Positions 10,071 through 20,176 of a stretch of DNA of 64,000 nt are shown here, piece by piece. The position numbers were made by a program, and so were the translations under genes. The stretch's first letter is position 1. Each line of letters opens with the position of its first letter. Below the pieces are notes generated by a model. That model had not been told where the DNA came from. It saw only the letters and a list, made by a program, of their open reading frames with translations, and did not search any database. The DNA is taken from positions 68,490 to 132,489 of the forward strand of contig QQVM01000022.1 in NCBI GenBank assembly GCA_003389385.1, in the 5' to 3' direction. The DNA comes from Bacteroidota bacterium. Lineage in GTDB: Bacteria; Bacteroidota; Bacteroidia; AKYH767-A; 2013-40CM-41-45.

Positions 10071-11762
10071 TCAGAATGTCACGTCCTTTTCCATTTCCTT
10101 GTTTCCACGAAGTATTTTAACTTTTACTGTCTGACCTTTTGAAAATTTACTGAGTGCTTTCATATAGCTCATCATGTCATGAACCTTGTGCTCCCCCATC
10201 TGAATCACCACATCTCCTGCTTCCATTCCAGCCTTAGCAGCGGGCTTATCGTCTGACACACCGTCAATGCGCATTCCTTCTCCGTCATATCCGTAATCCG
10301 GAACAACTCCAAGGGTCACTTTGAAGCGAGGCGCATCTTCATTTTTATCTTCCTTTGTTTTTGTGAATGCCAGCTTTCCCGAATTTTCCGTGTGGTGAAG
10401 TACGTTTTTAATGATATTCATGACCGACATTGTACCGTCATAATTGATCTTATCTTCATCATCCGATGGCTTGTGATAATCATTATGTGTTCCAGAGAAG
10501 AAGTGCAGCACAGGAATGTCCTTCAAATAGAAAGAAGTATGGTCGCTCGGCCCGACTCCGGATTCAGTGTCGCGAATTTTAATTCCGTCAACCGAAACGG
10601 AATCCAATAGTGTTTTCCATCTTGGTGAAGTCCCGCTTCCGTTGATGATCAGTGTCTTTTCGTCAGGTTTAATTCTTCCGACCATATCCATATTGATCAT
10701 ATACGAAACATTTCCAAGTTCGACCGTAGGGTTTTTCACAAAATGGCTTGACCCTAAAAGGCCCTTCTCTTCACCTGAAAATGCGGCGAAGAGATAATTA
10801 TTTTTGTTCATCTTTTTCGCTTTCACATAACGTCCCAATTCAATAAGGACCGCTGTACCGCTTGCATTGTCATCGGCACCGTTATGTATTTCAGCTTTTC
10901 CTCTGTACAGTGATCCGTGCTCACCATAACCCAAATGGTCATAGTGCGCGCCGATGACTACAGTATATGGGGCTTTATTGTCGATATACGCCAGCACATT
11001 GTTACCGTTCTTTAAAATCTTTTCATAAGAAACTCCTACTGTACAATTTGTGACAATGCTGTCTTTCAAAATGGATGCTACTTGTCCCTCTGCAAAAATC
11101 ACAGGTACGGAACTTGGCGCTGTACGCATGGACCATCCGCTCTTTGGCTTGTCTTGTGTCGTGTCTGAATTGATGAAGATGACAGCGCTTGCACCCTTGG
11201 ATACAGCCAGATCAATTTTTTTCCGGAGGTCAGCCCATTCACCGTATTTGCCATGCGGACTGTTGCCCTCAGGCGTACCGCTTTCAATCACGAATATTTT
11301 TTTATTCATGTTGGCAATACCGAGGTAGTCATTGTGTTTAAGTGCTGAATCCACAATGCCATGCTTTGCATAAATTACATAACCGGTGACAATTCCATTG
11401 GCGGAATAGGAGAGCGGATAAAAATCCTCGTCAATAGACGCGATGAAATTGTTTACGATTAATTGCGTGCTTTTCTGGTCAATATTTACCCCGTCGCTGA
11501 AAGTGAATTCCTGTAACCAGGATTTGCTTCCCTTAGGTTTTAGTCCGGCTTTTTTAAACTGAGAAGAGATGTATTCGTATGCTTTTTTTTCTCCCGGGGT
11601 GGCTGTTTCTCTTCCTTCGAATTCATCGGATGCAAGTTTCTGGATATGTTTTTTGATTTCTGCCCTTGCTTCCTGATCATTCAGGAGTTTAGCCTGTGGT
11701 GCACATGCCTGAAGAAAGAGGAAAGCCGAGAGTAGAATCAAAATATTAAAGCGGATATTCAT
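10071..11762 (-). CDS. Secreted M28 peptidase with PA and C-terminal PDZ domains.
   Basis: Signal peptide MNIRFNILILLSAFLFLQACA. The M28 core has HYDHLGYG and NGADDNASG motifs. A C-terminal PDZ-like segment is present (GMRIDGVSDDKPAAKAGMEAGDVVIQMGEHKV). Confidence 0.8.
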   Translation of the reverse strand: MNIRFNILILLSAFLFLQACAPQAKLLNDQEARAEIKKHIQKLASDEFEGRETATPGEKKAYEYISSQFKKAGLKPKGSKSWLQEFTFSDGVNIDQKSTQLIVNNFIASIDEDFYPLSYSANGIVTGYVIYAKHGIVDSALKHNDYLGIANMNKKIFVIESGTPEGNSPHGKYGEWADLRKKIDLAVSKGASAVIFINSDTTQDKPKSGWSMRTAPSSVPVIFAEGQVASILKDSIVTNCTVGVSYEKILKNGNNVLAYIDNKAPYTVVIGAHYDHLGYGEHGSLYRGKAEIHNGADDNASGTAVLIELGRYVKAKKMNKNNYLFAAFSGEEKGLLGSSHFVKNPTVELGNVSYMINMDMVGRIKPDEKTLIINGSGTSPRWKTLLDSVSVDGIKIRDTESGVGPSDHTSFYLKDIPVLHFFSGTHNDYHKPSDDEDKINYDGTMSVMNIIKNVLHHTENSGKLAFTKTKEDKNEDAPRFKVTLGVVPDYGYDGEGMRIDGVSDDKPAAKAGMEAGDVVIQMGEHKVHDMMSYMKALSKFSKGQTVKVKILRGNKEMEKDVTF

Positions 11763-11781
11763 TTGAATCTTGATTAGTAAA

Positions 11782-13314
11782 TTATGCAGATTGTTCTGCT
11801 GTTTCTGTTTTATGTTCAGGTCTCATTTGAGGAAAGAATAAAACATCCTGAATGGATGGAGAGTTCGTCATAATCATCGTGAGACGGTCTATTCCTACAC
11901 CAAGGCCGGCGGTTGGCGGCATTCCGTATTCAAGTGCACGGAGGAAGTCTTCGTCAAGCTGCATTGCTTCTTCATCACCGCGAAGCCCAAGTTCAAGCTG
12001 CTCCTCAAATCTTTTCCTCTGGTCGATTGGGTCGTTAAGTTCTGAAAACGCGTTGCAAATTTCTTTCCCGTTGCAAATTGCTTCAAATCTTTCTACCAGT
12101 CCTTCTTGTGTGCGGTGTTTTTTCGCAAGCGGACTCATTTCCACAGGATAATCTGTTATGAAAGTTGGCTGGATAAGCAGGTGCTCCACTTTTGCTCCGA
12201 AAATCTCATCAATGATTTTCCCCCTGCCCATGGTTTTGTCAATGTGTATTCCCATCTTTCTTGCTGCGGCAGCCATCTCTTCTTCATTCATTTTGGATAT
12301 ATCCACACCGGTATGTTGCTCGATTGCTTCATACATAGTGTATCTTTTCCATGGCCTTTTAAAATTTATTTTGTTCTCACCGACTATGACCTCGGTAGTG
12401 CCATGTAAATCAAGCGCGATTTTTTCCACCATCTCCTCGACCAGATTCATCATCCAGATATAATCTTTATAGGCAACGTAAAGTTCGACCTGAGTGAATT
12501 CCGGATTGTGAAAACGTGACATGCCTTCATTGCGAAAATCTTTCGCGAATTCATATACACCGTCAAAACCACCAACAATTAAGCGTTTCAGGTAGAGTTC
12601 GTTCGCAATACGCAGATACAAAGTCATGTCCAGTGTATTGTGATGTGTCTTGAAAGGCCTTGCCGCAGCTCCTCCGTAAAGTGGCTGCAGGATCGGAGTT
12701 TCAACTTCCAGGTAACCACGTCCGTTGAGAAAATTTCGCATTGAATTGGTAAGCTGGGTACGCTTGATGAAAACCTCTTTCACATGCGGATTCACAATGA
12801 GATCCACATAGCGTTGCCTGTATCGCATTTCGGGATCAGTGAATGCATCATGCACCTTCCCATCTGCATCCTGCTTCACAATTGGCAATGGCTTAAGTGC
12901 TTTGCTGAGCAAACGCAAAGAATTCACATGAATGCTTATCTCACCAACTTTTGTTTTGAAAACATATCCCTTCACTCCAATGTAGTCGCCGATGTCCAGC
13001 ATCTTCTTAAACAGGAAATCGTATTCGCTCTTGTCTTCACCCGGACAAAGATCATCGCGTTTCACATAAATCTGAATTCTTCCTTTTGCATCCTGGATTA
13101 CCGCGAAGCAGGCCTTGCCCATATCGCGTATGCTCATGATTCTTCCGGCAATACTCACATCTGTGAATTTTTCAGGCGTCGTATCAAAGCCCTCGAGTAT
13201 TTCTGTAGAGCTGCTGTTCATTTCCCATGTTTCAGCCGGGTAAGGATTGATATTGTGCTGCCTGATCTCATCCAGTTTTTGCCGGCGAATCAGTTCCTGT
13301 TCGTTGAGTTCCAT
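11782..13314 (-). CDS. lysS: Lysine--tRNA ligase (class II).
   Basis: Anticodon-binding OB domain and class II motifs ([20 protein letters not shown]). The ORF extends to 13428, but the likely start is [13 protein letters not shown] at 13314. Confidence 0.9.
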   Translation of the reverse strand: MELNEQELIRRQKLDEIRQHNINPYPAETWEMNSSSTEILEGFDTTPEKFTDVSIAGRIMSIRDMGKACFAVIQDAKGRIQIYVKRDDLCPGEDKSEYDFLFKKMLDIGDYIGVKGYVFKTKVGEISIHVNSLRLLSKALKPLPIVKQDADGKVHDAFTDPEMRYRQRYVDLIVNPHVKEVFIKRTQLTNSMRNFLNGRGYLEVETPILQPLYGGAAARPFKTHHNTLDMTLYLRIANELYLKRLIVGGFDGVYEFAKDFRNEGMSRFHNPEFTQVELYVAYKDYIWMMNLVEEMVEKIALDLHGTTEVIVGENKINFKRPWKRYTMYEAIEQHTGVDISKMNEEEMAAAARKMGIHIDKTMGRGKIIDEIFGAKVEHLLIQPTFITDYPVEMSPLAKKHRTQEGLVERFEAICNGKEICNAFSELNDPIDQRKRFEEQLELGLRGDEEAMQLDEDFLRALEYGMPPTAGLGVGIDRLTMIMTNSPSIQDVLFFPQMRPEHKTETAEQSA

Positions 13315-13466
13315 ATCTTTTTTACTAGGAGCGCAAAGATAGAAATTTGGAGGTTTTTTCTCAGTTATTGATAATATGGATGATGAAAACATTGATTTTT
13401 CAGTATCTTTCAGATAAGTGTAAAGCATGGCTAAATCTCTTATTTTTGCAGGCCTTATCTGAAAAT

Positions 13467-14450
13467 ATGAAAGAACTTGTTCAAAATTTCCCGGTGCAGC
13501 TTAGACAGGCTCTCGAGATTGGTGAGAATGCGAAGCTCAGGAAGCATTCTGCTCAAATTCAAAATGTGCTCATCACCGGCCTTGGTGGTTCTGGAATCGG
13601 CGGAAGTATTTTGTCGGAAATTGTCTCGTCAGAATGTCCGGTTCCAGTTTGCGTCAACAAAGACTATTTCATGCCTGGTTTCGTTGGCCAGCATACTCTG
13701 GTAATAGTAAGTTCTTACTCAGGAAATACGGAAGAAACTCTTTATGCTCTTGACGAAGCAATCAGGCGAAAAGCGAAAATTGTATGCATCACTTCAGGTG
13801 GAAAAGTGGCGGAACTCGCGGTCAGTCATGATCTTGACATCATTATTATTCCCGGAGGAATGCCCCCAAGATCCTGCCTCGGCTATTCACTCACACAGCT
13901 TTTTTATGTGATGAGCTTCTTTGATTTAACCGGAGATAATTTCAGAACCCAAATTGCTTCTGCAATCAGGTTGTTGGAACAGGAGGGGAATGAAATAAAG
14001 AATGAAGCGAAGCAGATCACAGATTTTCTTAGCGGAAAAATTCCGGTGATCTATTGTGTTGACGGCTTTGGAGGAGTTGCCACTAGGTTTCGCCAGCAGA
14101 TTAATGAGAATTCCAAAATGCTGTGCTGGCATCATGTGCTTCCTGAAATGAATCACAACGAACTTGTAGGCTGGGCTGAAAATCATCCAGACTGTGCGGT
14201 AGTAATTCTTCGCAATGAAACCGATTATTCGCGGACTCAGGCGCGTATCGAAATCAGCAAAGAGGTTTTTAATCGTTACTCTTCGGGAGTAAAAGAAATC
14301 TGGTCAAAGGGGAAAAGTACACTGGAGCGTTCACTGTATCTTATTCACCTTACTGATTGGGTCTCCTGCTACCTGGCGGATAAAAAAAATGTGGATGCCA
14401 ACGAGATCAATATTATCAATCATCTGAAAGGCGAGCTTTCCAAAATATGA
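13467..14450 (+). CDS. SIS-domain sugar isomerase, probably a bifunctional phosphoglucose/phosphomannose isomerase.
   Basis: Tandem SIS-like segments ([15 protein letters not shown]; [12 protein letters not shown]). Length is about 327 aa. The start is chosen at MKELVQNF to avoid overlap with lysS. Confidence 0.6.
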   Translation: MKELVQNFPVQLRQALEIGENAKLRKHSAQIQNVLITGLGGSGIGGSILSEIVSSECPVPVCVNKDYFMPGFVGQHTLVIVSSYSGNTEETLYALDEAIRRKAKIVCITSGGKVAELAVSHDLDIIIIPGGMPPRSCLGYSLTQLFYVMSFFDLTGDNFRTQIASAIRLLEQEGNEIKNEAKQITDFLSGKIPVIYCVDGFGGVATRFRQQINENSKMLCWHHVLPEMNHNELVGWAENHPDCAVVILRNETDYSRTQARIEISKEVFNRYSSGVKEIWSKGKSTLERSLYLIHLTDWVSCYLADKKNVDANEINIINHLKGELSKI

Positions 14451-15193
14451 AGTCATTGAACGATGCGGCTAGTTTAAATTCTGATTTGCAAAATGTAATT
14501 TTCAGAGACCTTGGACTGATTTCTTATCGCGATGCGTGGGATTATCAGGAGAAAGTTTTTAATGAACTTACAGAGAGAAAACTCGCGAACAGGAGTTTGA
14601 TCCGGTCAGATCAGGATCCTCAGGTTCATTATCTTTTATTTTGCGAGCATCCGCATGTGTTCACTCTAGGAAGAAGCGGTGAGGAGAAAAATCTTCTTGC
14701 AGATTCACTTGAGCTCAACAAGATCGGAGCGGAGTTTGTAAAGAACAACCGCGGAGGTGATATCACTTATCACGGACCCGGCCAGATTGTGGGTTATCCT
14801 ATCCTTGACCTCGACTGCTTCTTCACAGACATACATAAGTACCTCAGATATCTTGAGGAGGCCATCATTCAGGTTCTTGCGGAATATGGCATCATGGCTT
14901 CACGATTTCCTGGATACACAGGTGTATGGATTGAACCGGATAATCCTCAAAGAGCCAGGAAAATCTGCGCTATGGGAGTTCGCTGTTCACGATGGGTTAC
15001 CATGCACGGATTCGCACTGAATGTGAATTCAGATCTCAGCTATTTTGAGAAAATTGTGCCTTGCGGAATCAGCGGCAAAGCAGTTACCAGTATGGAGAAG
15101 GAGTTGGGCGAATCTCCCGATATCAATGAAGTAAAAGCTGCACTTATCAGGCATCTGGCTGCTTTGTTTCAAATGAAAATCATCAAAGAATAA
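14447..15193 (+). CDS. lipB: Lipoyl(octanoyl) transferase.
   Basis: RGGDITYHGPGQIVGYPILDL and the KICAMGV catalytic lysine region. It overlaps the upstream gene by 4 bp (ATGA). Confidence 0.88.
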   Translation: MKSLNDAASLNSDLQNVIFRDLGLISYRDAWDYQEKVFNELTERKLANRSLIRSDQDPQVHYLLFCEHPHVFTLGRSGEEKNLLADSLELNKIGAEFVKNNRGGDITYHGPGQIVGYPILDLDCFFTDIHKYLRYLEEAIIQVLAEYGIMASRFPGYTGVWIEPDNPQRARKICAMGVRCSRWVTMHGFALNVNSDLSYFEKIVPCGISGKAVTSMEKELGESPDINEVKAALIRHLAALFQMKIIKE

Positions 15194-15268
15194 TTTTTCA
15201 TTTTTTCACGTGTCGTTAATAATTAGAAGACTCTCTTTTCCTGAATAAAATATCTTTTATCTTGCACT

Positions 15269-16435
15269 GTGATGGTACAAGACGAAAAGAAGAAAAATGC
15301 CGGAATATGGGCAAAGCTGTTAGGGCTTTTTCTTTTTTTAATTATCAGTTTGAATGCTGCAATATGGATCACCGGATGCACCTATGTTTACAAGGCTCTG
15401 GTTTATACTTATCCTGACACTGATGACATAGATATTTTTGATGTAAGAAGTATCAGCGCCAAGAATCCTCGCCCATGGCCACTTTCCCATAGTTATAATA
15501 AGTATGCATTGCCTGCATCCACCCTTGCTAAACTGGAGGAACTTGACAGTGAGGCTTTCCTTGTGATTCGCGAAGACTCCTTAATCTATGAACAGTATTG
15601 GGATCAGTTAAAAGAAAATACAGTGAGCAACTCATTTTCTGTAGCTAAAAGCATTGTAGGATTGCTGGTCGGAATAGCACAGGAAGAAAAGCTGTTTTCC
15701 ATTGAAGATCCAGTGAGCAGATACCTGCCCTCATTTTCTGAAGGAAGAAATGCCGAACTGAGAATACAAGATCTTCTCACCATGAGTTCCGGACTGAATT
15801 GGGATGAGAGTTACTCTTCACTGTTCTCCAAAACAACAGAAGCATATTACGGTTCTAATCTCAGAAAGCTTGTAAAGGAGTTGAAAGTGATTGAAATTCC
15901 GGGAACACGTTTCAGCTACATGAGCTGCAATACTTTGATCCTTGGAATGATCATAGAAAAAGCAAGCGGACAAAACTTGTCAGCTTACGCTGCAGAGAAA
16001 CTCTGGACACCGCTTGGAGCCGAGTATCCTGCGTTCTGGTCGCTTGATAAAACCGAAGGAGTTGAAAAATCATACTGTTGCTATTACAGCACTGCAAGAG
16101 ATTTCGCAAGAATAGGAAAATTGATTCAGGACAGCGGAGTGTGGTATGGTAAGCGTATTGTTTCCTCTGAGTTCATTAAAGCGTCTCTCAGCCCGCATGG
16201 TATTCCGGATGAAAGCGGGAATAAGACTGACTACTACGGCTATCACTGGTGGATGCTGGATCACAAAGGACATAAGATTGCATATGCAAGAGGGATTTTA
16301 GGACAATACATTGTGGCAGTGCCGGAAAGAAAATTAATTTTTGTCCGGCTTGGAAATAAACGCGGAGAGAAAGTCCTTCCAAATCATTACGACGATATGA
16401 TCAATTATCTCGACGGAGTGCTTGACACTTTTTGA
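15269..16435 (+). CDS. Serine hydrolase of the class C beta-lactamase/PBP-like family, membrane-anchored.
   Basis: S-x-x-K motif FSVAKSIVG, a YxN-like region, and an N-terminal TM segment (LLGLFLFLIISLNAAIWITGC). Confidence 0.7.
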   Translation: MMVQDEKKKNAGIWAKLLGLFLFLIISLNAAIWITGCTYVYKALVYTYPDTDDIDIFDVRSISAKNPRPWPLSHSYNKYALPASTLAKLEELDSEAFLVIREDSLIYEQYWDQLKENTVSNSFSVAKSIVGLLVGIAQEEKLFSIEDPVSRYLPSFSEGRNAELRIQDLLTMSSGLNWDESYSSLFSKTTEAYYGSNLRKLVKELKVIEIPGTRFSYMSCNTLILGMIIEKASGQNLSAYAAEKLWTPLGAEYPAFWSLDKTEGVEKSYCCYYSTARDFARIGKLIQDSGVWYGKRIVSSEFIKASLSPHGIPDESGNKTDYYGYHWWMLDHKGHKIAYARGILGQYIVAVPERKLIFVRLGNKRGEKVLPNHYDDMINYLDGVLDTF

Positions 16436-16462
16436 TTGATTTTCTCTCCGGTTGATTTTTTT

Positions 16463-16470
16463 TATCTTTG
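16463..16470 (+). promoter_or_regulatory. Candidate Bacteroidota -7 promoter element TAtcTTTG (consensus TAnnTTTG), 9 bp upstream of the ATG at 16479.
   Basis: Motif match only. The spacing to the start codon is consistent with the short leaders seen in this phylum. Confidence 0.25.
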
Positions 16471-16478
16471 TAAGCCGC

Positions 16479-16883
16479 ATGCTTAAAGACATTCCTCAGT
16501 TGGTTGTAGAAAAAATTGTCCTTGCAGTTGTTCAGGAACAGGATGACTTAGGTAACAATATTTGGAATGTATATCTTGTAAATCTTTATGATGAAGAAAT
16601 TGACGGGGTGCTTGTAAGTTCAAAAGGTTATGGCCATTACGAAGGCCGTGACGTAAAAACCACGGTACTGAGGCACCTGATTGGAAGGGTTGGCTCCCAT
16701 GATTACGCCAAGATTGAAACTTTGATGGATAATCTGCTCGGGCTAAGCAATGAATACTGGGTGAGCTTTTACAAGGACAAGCATATGTACGACAAAAAAT
16801 ATGTCTTTCTTCCTGAGAGCATTCGCGAGGAAAACCTCACCAAAATTCCTGTGCTGAATAAGCCGGGAGTGATGATAAGGTAG
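16479..16883 (+). CDS. Hypothetical small cytoplasmic protein of about 134 aa.
   Basis: The ORF carries a candidate -7 box upstream and a strong terminator downstream. No family was recognised. Confidence 0.5.
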   Translation: MLKDIPQLVVEKIVLAVVQEQDDLGNNIWNVYLVNLYDEEIDGVLVSSKGYGHYEGRDVKTTVLRHLIGRVGSHDYAKIETLMDNLLGLSNEYWVSFYKDKHMYDKKYVFLPESIREENLTKIPVLNKPGVMIR

Positions 16884-16963
16884 CTGCTTGAGCGAGTGTG
16901 AGTGTGGGTGTATAATCTTCAAGGCAGAGAACATTGCTCTCTATCGCTGTCTATTTGTCAAGA

Positions 16964-16988
16964 AATCCCGCTTGTTTGCGGATTTTTT
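16964..16988 (+). terminator. Rho-independent terminator, AATCCGC-ttgttt-GCGGATT followed by TTTTT.
   Basis: A 7-bp perfect stem followed by a T-run, 80 bp downstream of the stop at 16883. Confidence 0.6.
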
Positions 16989-17046
16989 CATGCATTTTAT
17001 CATGAAAAACCTTGATTTATAGCCTTTCCCGGGCCATTTCACTATC

Positions 17047-17634
17047 TTGCAGTCCAGAATATTTTCAATATCTATGAGATTCCTGAAGTTTATAGTGCTT
17101 CTGCCTGTTATTGTTTTGCTGCATTCCTGTTCAAAGCATTGTTCTAACATGCTTGACGGTCCATTGTCCATGGAAGAAAAAAAATTCATGTTGACCAATT
17201 CACAGAGATTTCTTTTTAAAAGTCAGTTCAATGATTCGGATTATGTGAATGTGGATACTCCTGTCTTTCTGGAAGTTCCCCTACGTGATGAGGAATGCGA
17301 TCATACTGGAAACCAGGCAGTCGAGCAAGTTTGGCGATTCCCGGGCAATGTGAATTTCATTGCTCGTTTTGAGCATTATAATGGAGAGGAATATTCCAAA
17401 TATCTCCTTCTTAAACACGGTGGGCTTGATGTGTTCAGCTACAATATATTTGAACCTAATTTTCACACCATAGAAATAAACACGCAGTTTTTTCATAATA
17501 CCATGATTGACTCCACTACTTCAACAACTCTTTCACCTTCAATTAGGAAAATCTGGTATGGTAAGCACACTGGTATTTTGAAGTATGAAGAGTGGAATGG
17601 CCGCATTTGGGACAGGCAAAAAGCTGTGAACTGA
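17047..17634 (+). CDS. Hypothetical lipoprotein.
   Basis: Signal peptide with lipobox FIVLLPVIVLLHSC. No family was recognised. Confidence 0.5.
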   Translation: MQSRIFSISMRFLKFIVLLPVIVLLHSCSKHCSNMLDGPLSMEEKKFMLTNSQRFLFKSQFNDSDYVNVDTPVFLEVPLRDEECDHTGNQAVEQVWRFPGNVNFIARFEHYNGEEYSKYLLLKHGGLDVFSYNIFEPNFHTIEINTQFFHNTMIDSTTSTTLSPSIRKIWYGKHTGILKYEEWNGRIWDRQKAVN

Positions 17635-17715
17635 TTTTTTACCAGCTTTTATTGTATTTTTTTATATCTCAAGTCTTGTTTACTTTGAAGTGGCTTTTAA
17701 TTCTTCATTAAACTC

Positions 17716-18426
17716 ATGCTTGATAATATAAGTCTGCATAATATTTTTTTTCTGGACATAGAAACTGTTCCTGCATTTCCGGATTTTACTTCTGCACCTG
17801 AGGCAGAACAAAAACTTTGGATGAAAAAAGCCGGCACACTACCTGCAATAAAGGATGAGGAACCTGAGAACAATTACAAGAGAGCCGGAATCTATGCTGA
17901 GTTTGGAAAAATCATTTGCATAAGCGCGGGTTATTTTACGAAAGAGAATACCTTCAGGATTAAATCTTTCTCCGGAGAAAACGAGAAAAAACTACTGCAG
18001 GAATTTGCCCATGCGGTGCAGCAATTTTGCTCCTCACAGGGTAAGTTGCTTTGTGCACATAATGGTAAGGAATTCGATTTCCCTTTTATTGCCAGAAGGT
18101 TGCTGATTAATGGTATTGCATTACCGGATGTTTTGGACATTGCAGGTAAAAAACCATGGGAAGTCCAGCATCTTGATACCATGGAGCTTTGGAAATTCGG
18201 TGATTACAAATCTTACACAACTCTTGCGCTGCTCGCCCATGTATTTGATATTCCTACTCCAAAGGATGATATTGACGGATCTCAGGTTGGTGATGTTTAT
18301 TGGAAAGAAAGAGATCTTCAACGCATAGTAGAATATTGCCAGAAAGATGTCCTCACTATTGCTCAGATCATTTTGAAATTTAAGGGTGAAGAAATCTTTG
18401 GGCCCGGTCAGATTGAGTATGCATAA
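17716..18426 (+). CDS. RNase H-like superfamily protein (predicted 3'-5' exonuclease, PolB-exonuclease-like, COG3298-type).
   Basis: N-terminal FFLDIETVP (DxE exonuclease motif I) and downstream H..N/D-containing motifs. Length is 236 aa. Confidence 0.55.
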   Translation: MLDNISLHNIFFLDIETVPAFPDFTSAPEAEQKLWMKKAGTLPAIKDEEPENNYKRAGIYAEFGKIICISAGYFTKENTFRIKSFSGENEKKLLQEFAHAVQQFCSSQGKLLCAHNGKEFDFPFIARRLLINGIALPDVLDIAGKKPWEVQHLDTMELWKFGDYKSYTTLALLAHVFDIPTPKDDIDGSQVGDVYWKERDLQRIVEYCQKDVLTIAQIILKFKGEEIFGPGQIEYA

Positions 18427-18433
18427 AAAAACA

Positions 18434-18461
18434 GCCACCATCACTGGTGGCCGTTTTTATT
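18434..18461. terminator. Bidirectional Rho-independent terminator, GCCACCA-tcac-TGGTGGC, flanked by A-run and T-run.
   Basis: Lies between the convergent genes ending at 18426 (+) and 18475 (-). T tracts are present on both strands. Confidence 0.6.
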
Positions 18462-18474
18462 AGAATCAATAAAA

Positions 18475-19587
18475 CTATCTTCTCAATCTGGATACTGCAT
18501 TTGTGGACTCCTGAGTTTGTGTTCTTTTGATCTTTTTGTAATCGAAGATCTGACTAACCTGTTTTACCAAATCCTGGCTGTTCCTGATTCTCATAACATC
18601 ACTGCGAACATTGAATATAACCTGCTCACAAGAAACACAACGACGCATTGCTATAGTTACATCTGACATTGTGAAGGAAGAGTTGTTTGGACGGAAATCA
18701 AGTGCACTGTTGTCAGGGTTGATTACGTAGGTATTTCCTGTATTTGGAGAATATTCCTGTTGGCTGGTGTGAGGATTTACTACAGTAGGATCGCTTTGAT
18801 TATTGTAACCTCTGGTGCGACTCTGAATGTTAGTCTGCTGATTCATTGTGTGAGCATTGCTGCTTGGAGTGTACTCCTGCTGGCTGGTGTGCTGATTGAA
18901 TGCGTTTGGGTTTGCGTTTTGATCACTGTAGCCTCTTTGACGTCCCTGAGTGCTGGTGTGCGGATTGATGGTGTTAGGATTGCTGTTCTGATCACCATAG
19001 CCTCTGTTGCGTCCATGAGTACTTGTGTGAGGATTTACTACGTTAGGATTTGTATTCTGATCGCCATTTCCAATGTTACGTCCGTGAGTGCTTGTGTGAG
19101 GATTAACTGTGTTGGGATTGGTATTCAGGTCCCCATTACCTAAGTTACGTCCATGTGTGCTGGCGTGCGGATTGAAAGAAAGTGGTCCTGCGTCAATCAT
19201 GCGATCTGGTACATTATTAGGATCGAATGTAGCAATCAGATCAGAGATTCTGTTGTAGTCTTCAGTAGCGATGCGGAAAGCTTTGCTTTCATTATCAGTG
19301 AAGATGTAGGCCATTTCATTTTGAGTGATTGCGATGCGCATTGCAGGATGAGTTGCTGTTGCGGCTGTCTGGATGATCAGGCGCTCTGCATCTACGTTGT
19401 TTTCAATCATTGTAAGACTGTTGTCATAAGCAGAGATGTTGCCCTGAGAAGAATTTGAACGCTTGCGTGCGTTTTCAAAGACAGATGTGTCATTTGAACT
19501 GATGTTGTTATCCTTGGTGCAGGATGCCGCTGTGGCAAGAATCAATGCTGCAGCAAGGAAAGTGCGGAGTTGATTCAAAGTTTTCAT
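18475..19587 (-). CDS. Lipoprotein with tandem 23-aa His/Asn/Thr/Gly-rich repeats (NPHTSTHGRNxGNGDQNTNPNxV).
   Basis: Lipobox LILATAASC. Four near-identical 23-aa repeats span aa 139-230, followed by two degenerate copies. No family was recognised. Confidence 0.7.
   Translation of the reverse strand: MKTLNQLRTFLAAALILATAASCTKDNNISSNDTSVFENARKRSNSSQGNISAYDNSLTMIENNVDAERLIIQTAATATHPAMRIAITQNEMAYIFTDNESKAFRIATEDYNRISDLIATFDPNNVPDRMIDAGPLSFNPHASTHGRNLGNGDLNTNPNTVNPHTSTHGRNIGNGDQNTNPNVVNPHTSTHGRNRGYGDQNSNPNTINPHTSTQGRQRGYSDQNANPNAFNQHTSQQEYTPSSNAHTMNQQTNIQSRTRGYNNQSDPTVVNPHTSQQEYSPNTGNTYVINPDNSALDFRPNNSSFTMSDVTIAMRRCVSCEQVIFNVRSDVMRIRNSQDLVKQVSQIFDYKKIKRTQTQESTNAVSRLRR
18898..19173 (-). repeat. 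Four tandem 69-bp coding repeats. Degenerate copies extend to about 18733.
   Basis: The periodicity is seen in the translated protein. The antisense ORF 18760..19143 is itself repetitive, as expected for a repeat artefact. Confidence 0.75.
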
Positions 19588-19772
19588 GATATGTATTATT
19601 TAAGGGTTAAAAAATTCTTTCTTTTTAATTCGATAGTAAATAAACGATATCCTGTGTCTCAATAATATCTAAAACTTGCCAGAGGCGGGTATGTAGGATA
19701 AGTGGCTGTTTTTGTGCTCTTTTTGGCAGGAATTCAAACCGTTATGAAAAGATTCTATTTGATACGATACAT

Positions 19773-19803
19773 AAAAAAAGCCGGCATCAGGGTGTATGCC
19801 GGC
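19773..19803 (-). terminator. Terminator-like hairpin oriented for minus-strand transcription: GCCGGCAT-cagggtgt-ATGCCGGC with a T7 run on the minus strand.
   Basis: A perfect 8-bp inverted repeat. The A7 run on the plus strand equals a T7 run after the hairpin on the minus strand. No annotated minus-strand gene lies upstream of it. Confidence 0.4.
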
Positions 19804-19814
19804 TTAATGAGCTA

Positions 19815-19991
19815 ATGAAAAAAGATTTAATTGTTGAACAGGTCCTGTGTTTCATGTATCCGCAGTATGAACAACCTGTTCGGTTCATTCAGCTCGCAAA
19901 TCTCATGAATGGGGGTGAGAATTTTTGTGCTGTGTGTACTTGGAAAGAACGAGAAGAAATTATTAAATCAATTTCTGACATAAAGAAATAA
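19815..19991 (+). CDS. Possible small protein of 58 aa (MKKDLIVEQVLCFMYPQYEQPVRFIQLANLMNGGENFCAVCTWKEREEIIKSISDIKK).
   Basis: The ORF falls just under the 60-aa track threshold in an otherwise empty 590-bp gap. It is uncharacterised. Confidence 0.2.
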   Translation: MKKDLIVEQVLCFMYPQYEQPVRFIQLANLMNGGENFCAVCTWKEREEIIKSISDIKK

Positions 19992-20176
19992 ATTTATACC
20001 TCCATCGAACTACCAAAACTGTATATATGGATGATTTGAGGGATAATTGGCCGGTCCTGACTGTCTTCAGGAAATGTTGATGCTCCTGTTTATATGTTTG
20101 TTCTTCCTGTGTTGTCCTGTCTGACTTGCATGAAAGCATAATGTTATTTTTGTAGTGTACGGATTAAAGCCCTTTC

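Noticed and set aside
12784-13371. 195-aa plus-strand ORF inside lysS
   Set aside because: It is entirely antisense to a confidently identified lysS. It has no recognisable motifs, so I treat it as a chance ORF.
13347-13466. N-terminal 40-aa extension of the SIS isomerase ORF, overlapping lysS
   Set aside because: The extension is hydrophobic junk-like ([16 protein letters not shown]...) and overlaps the lysS start region. The internal Met at 13467 gives a standard-length protein.
18760-19143. 127-aa repetitive plus-strand ORF (VRIYY.../CVRI... repeats)
   Set aside because: It mirrors the 69-bp repeats of the minus-strand lipoprotein gene. It has no start-site context or secretion signal.
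18733-19173. Possible CRISPR-like or other non-coding repeat array
   Set aside because: The repeats are in frame within a coding sequence that has a lipoprotein signal. There are no unique spacers, and the period of 69 bp has degenerate ends.
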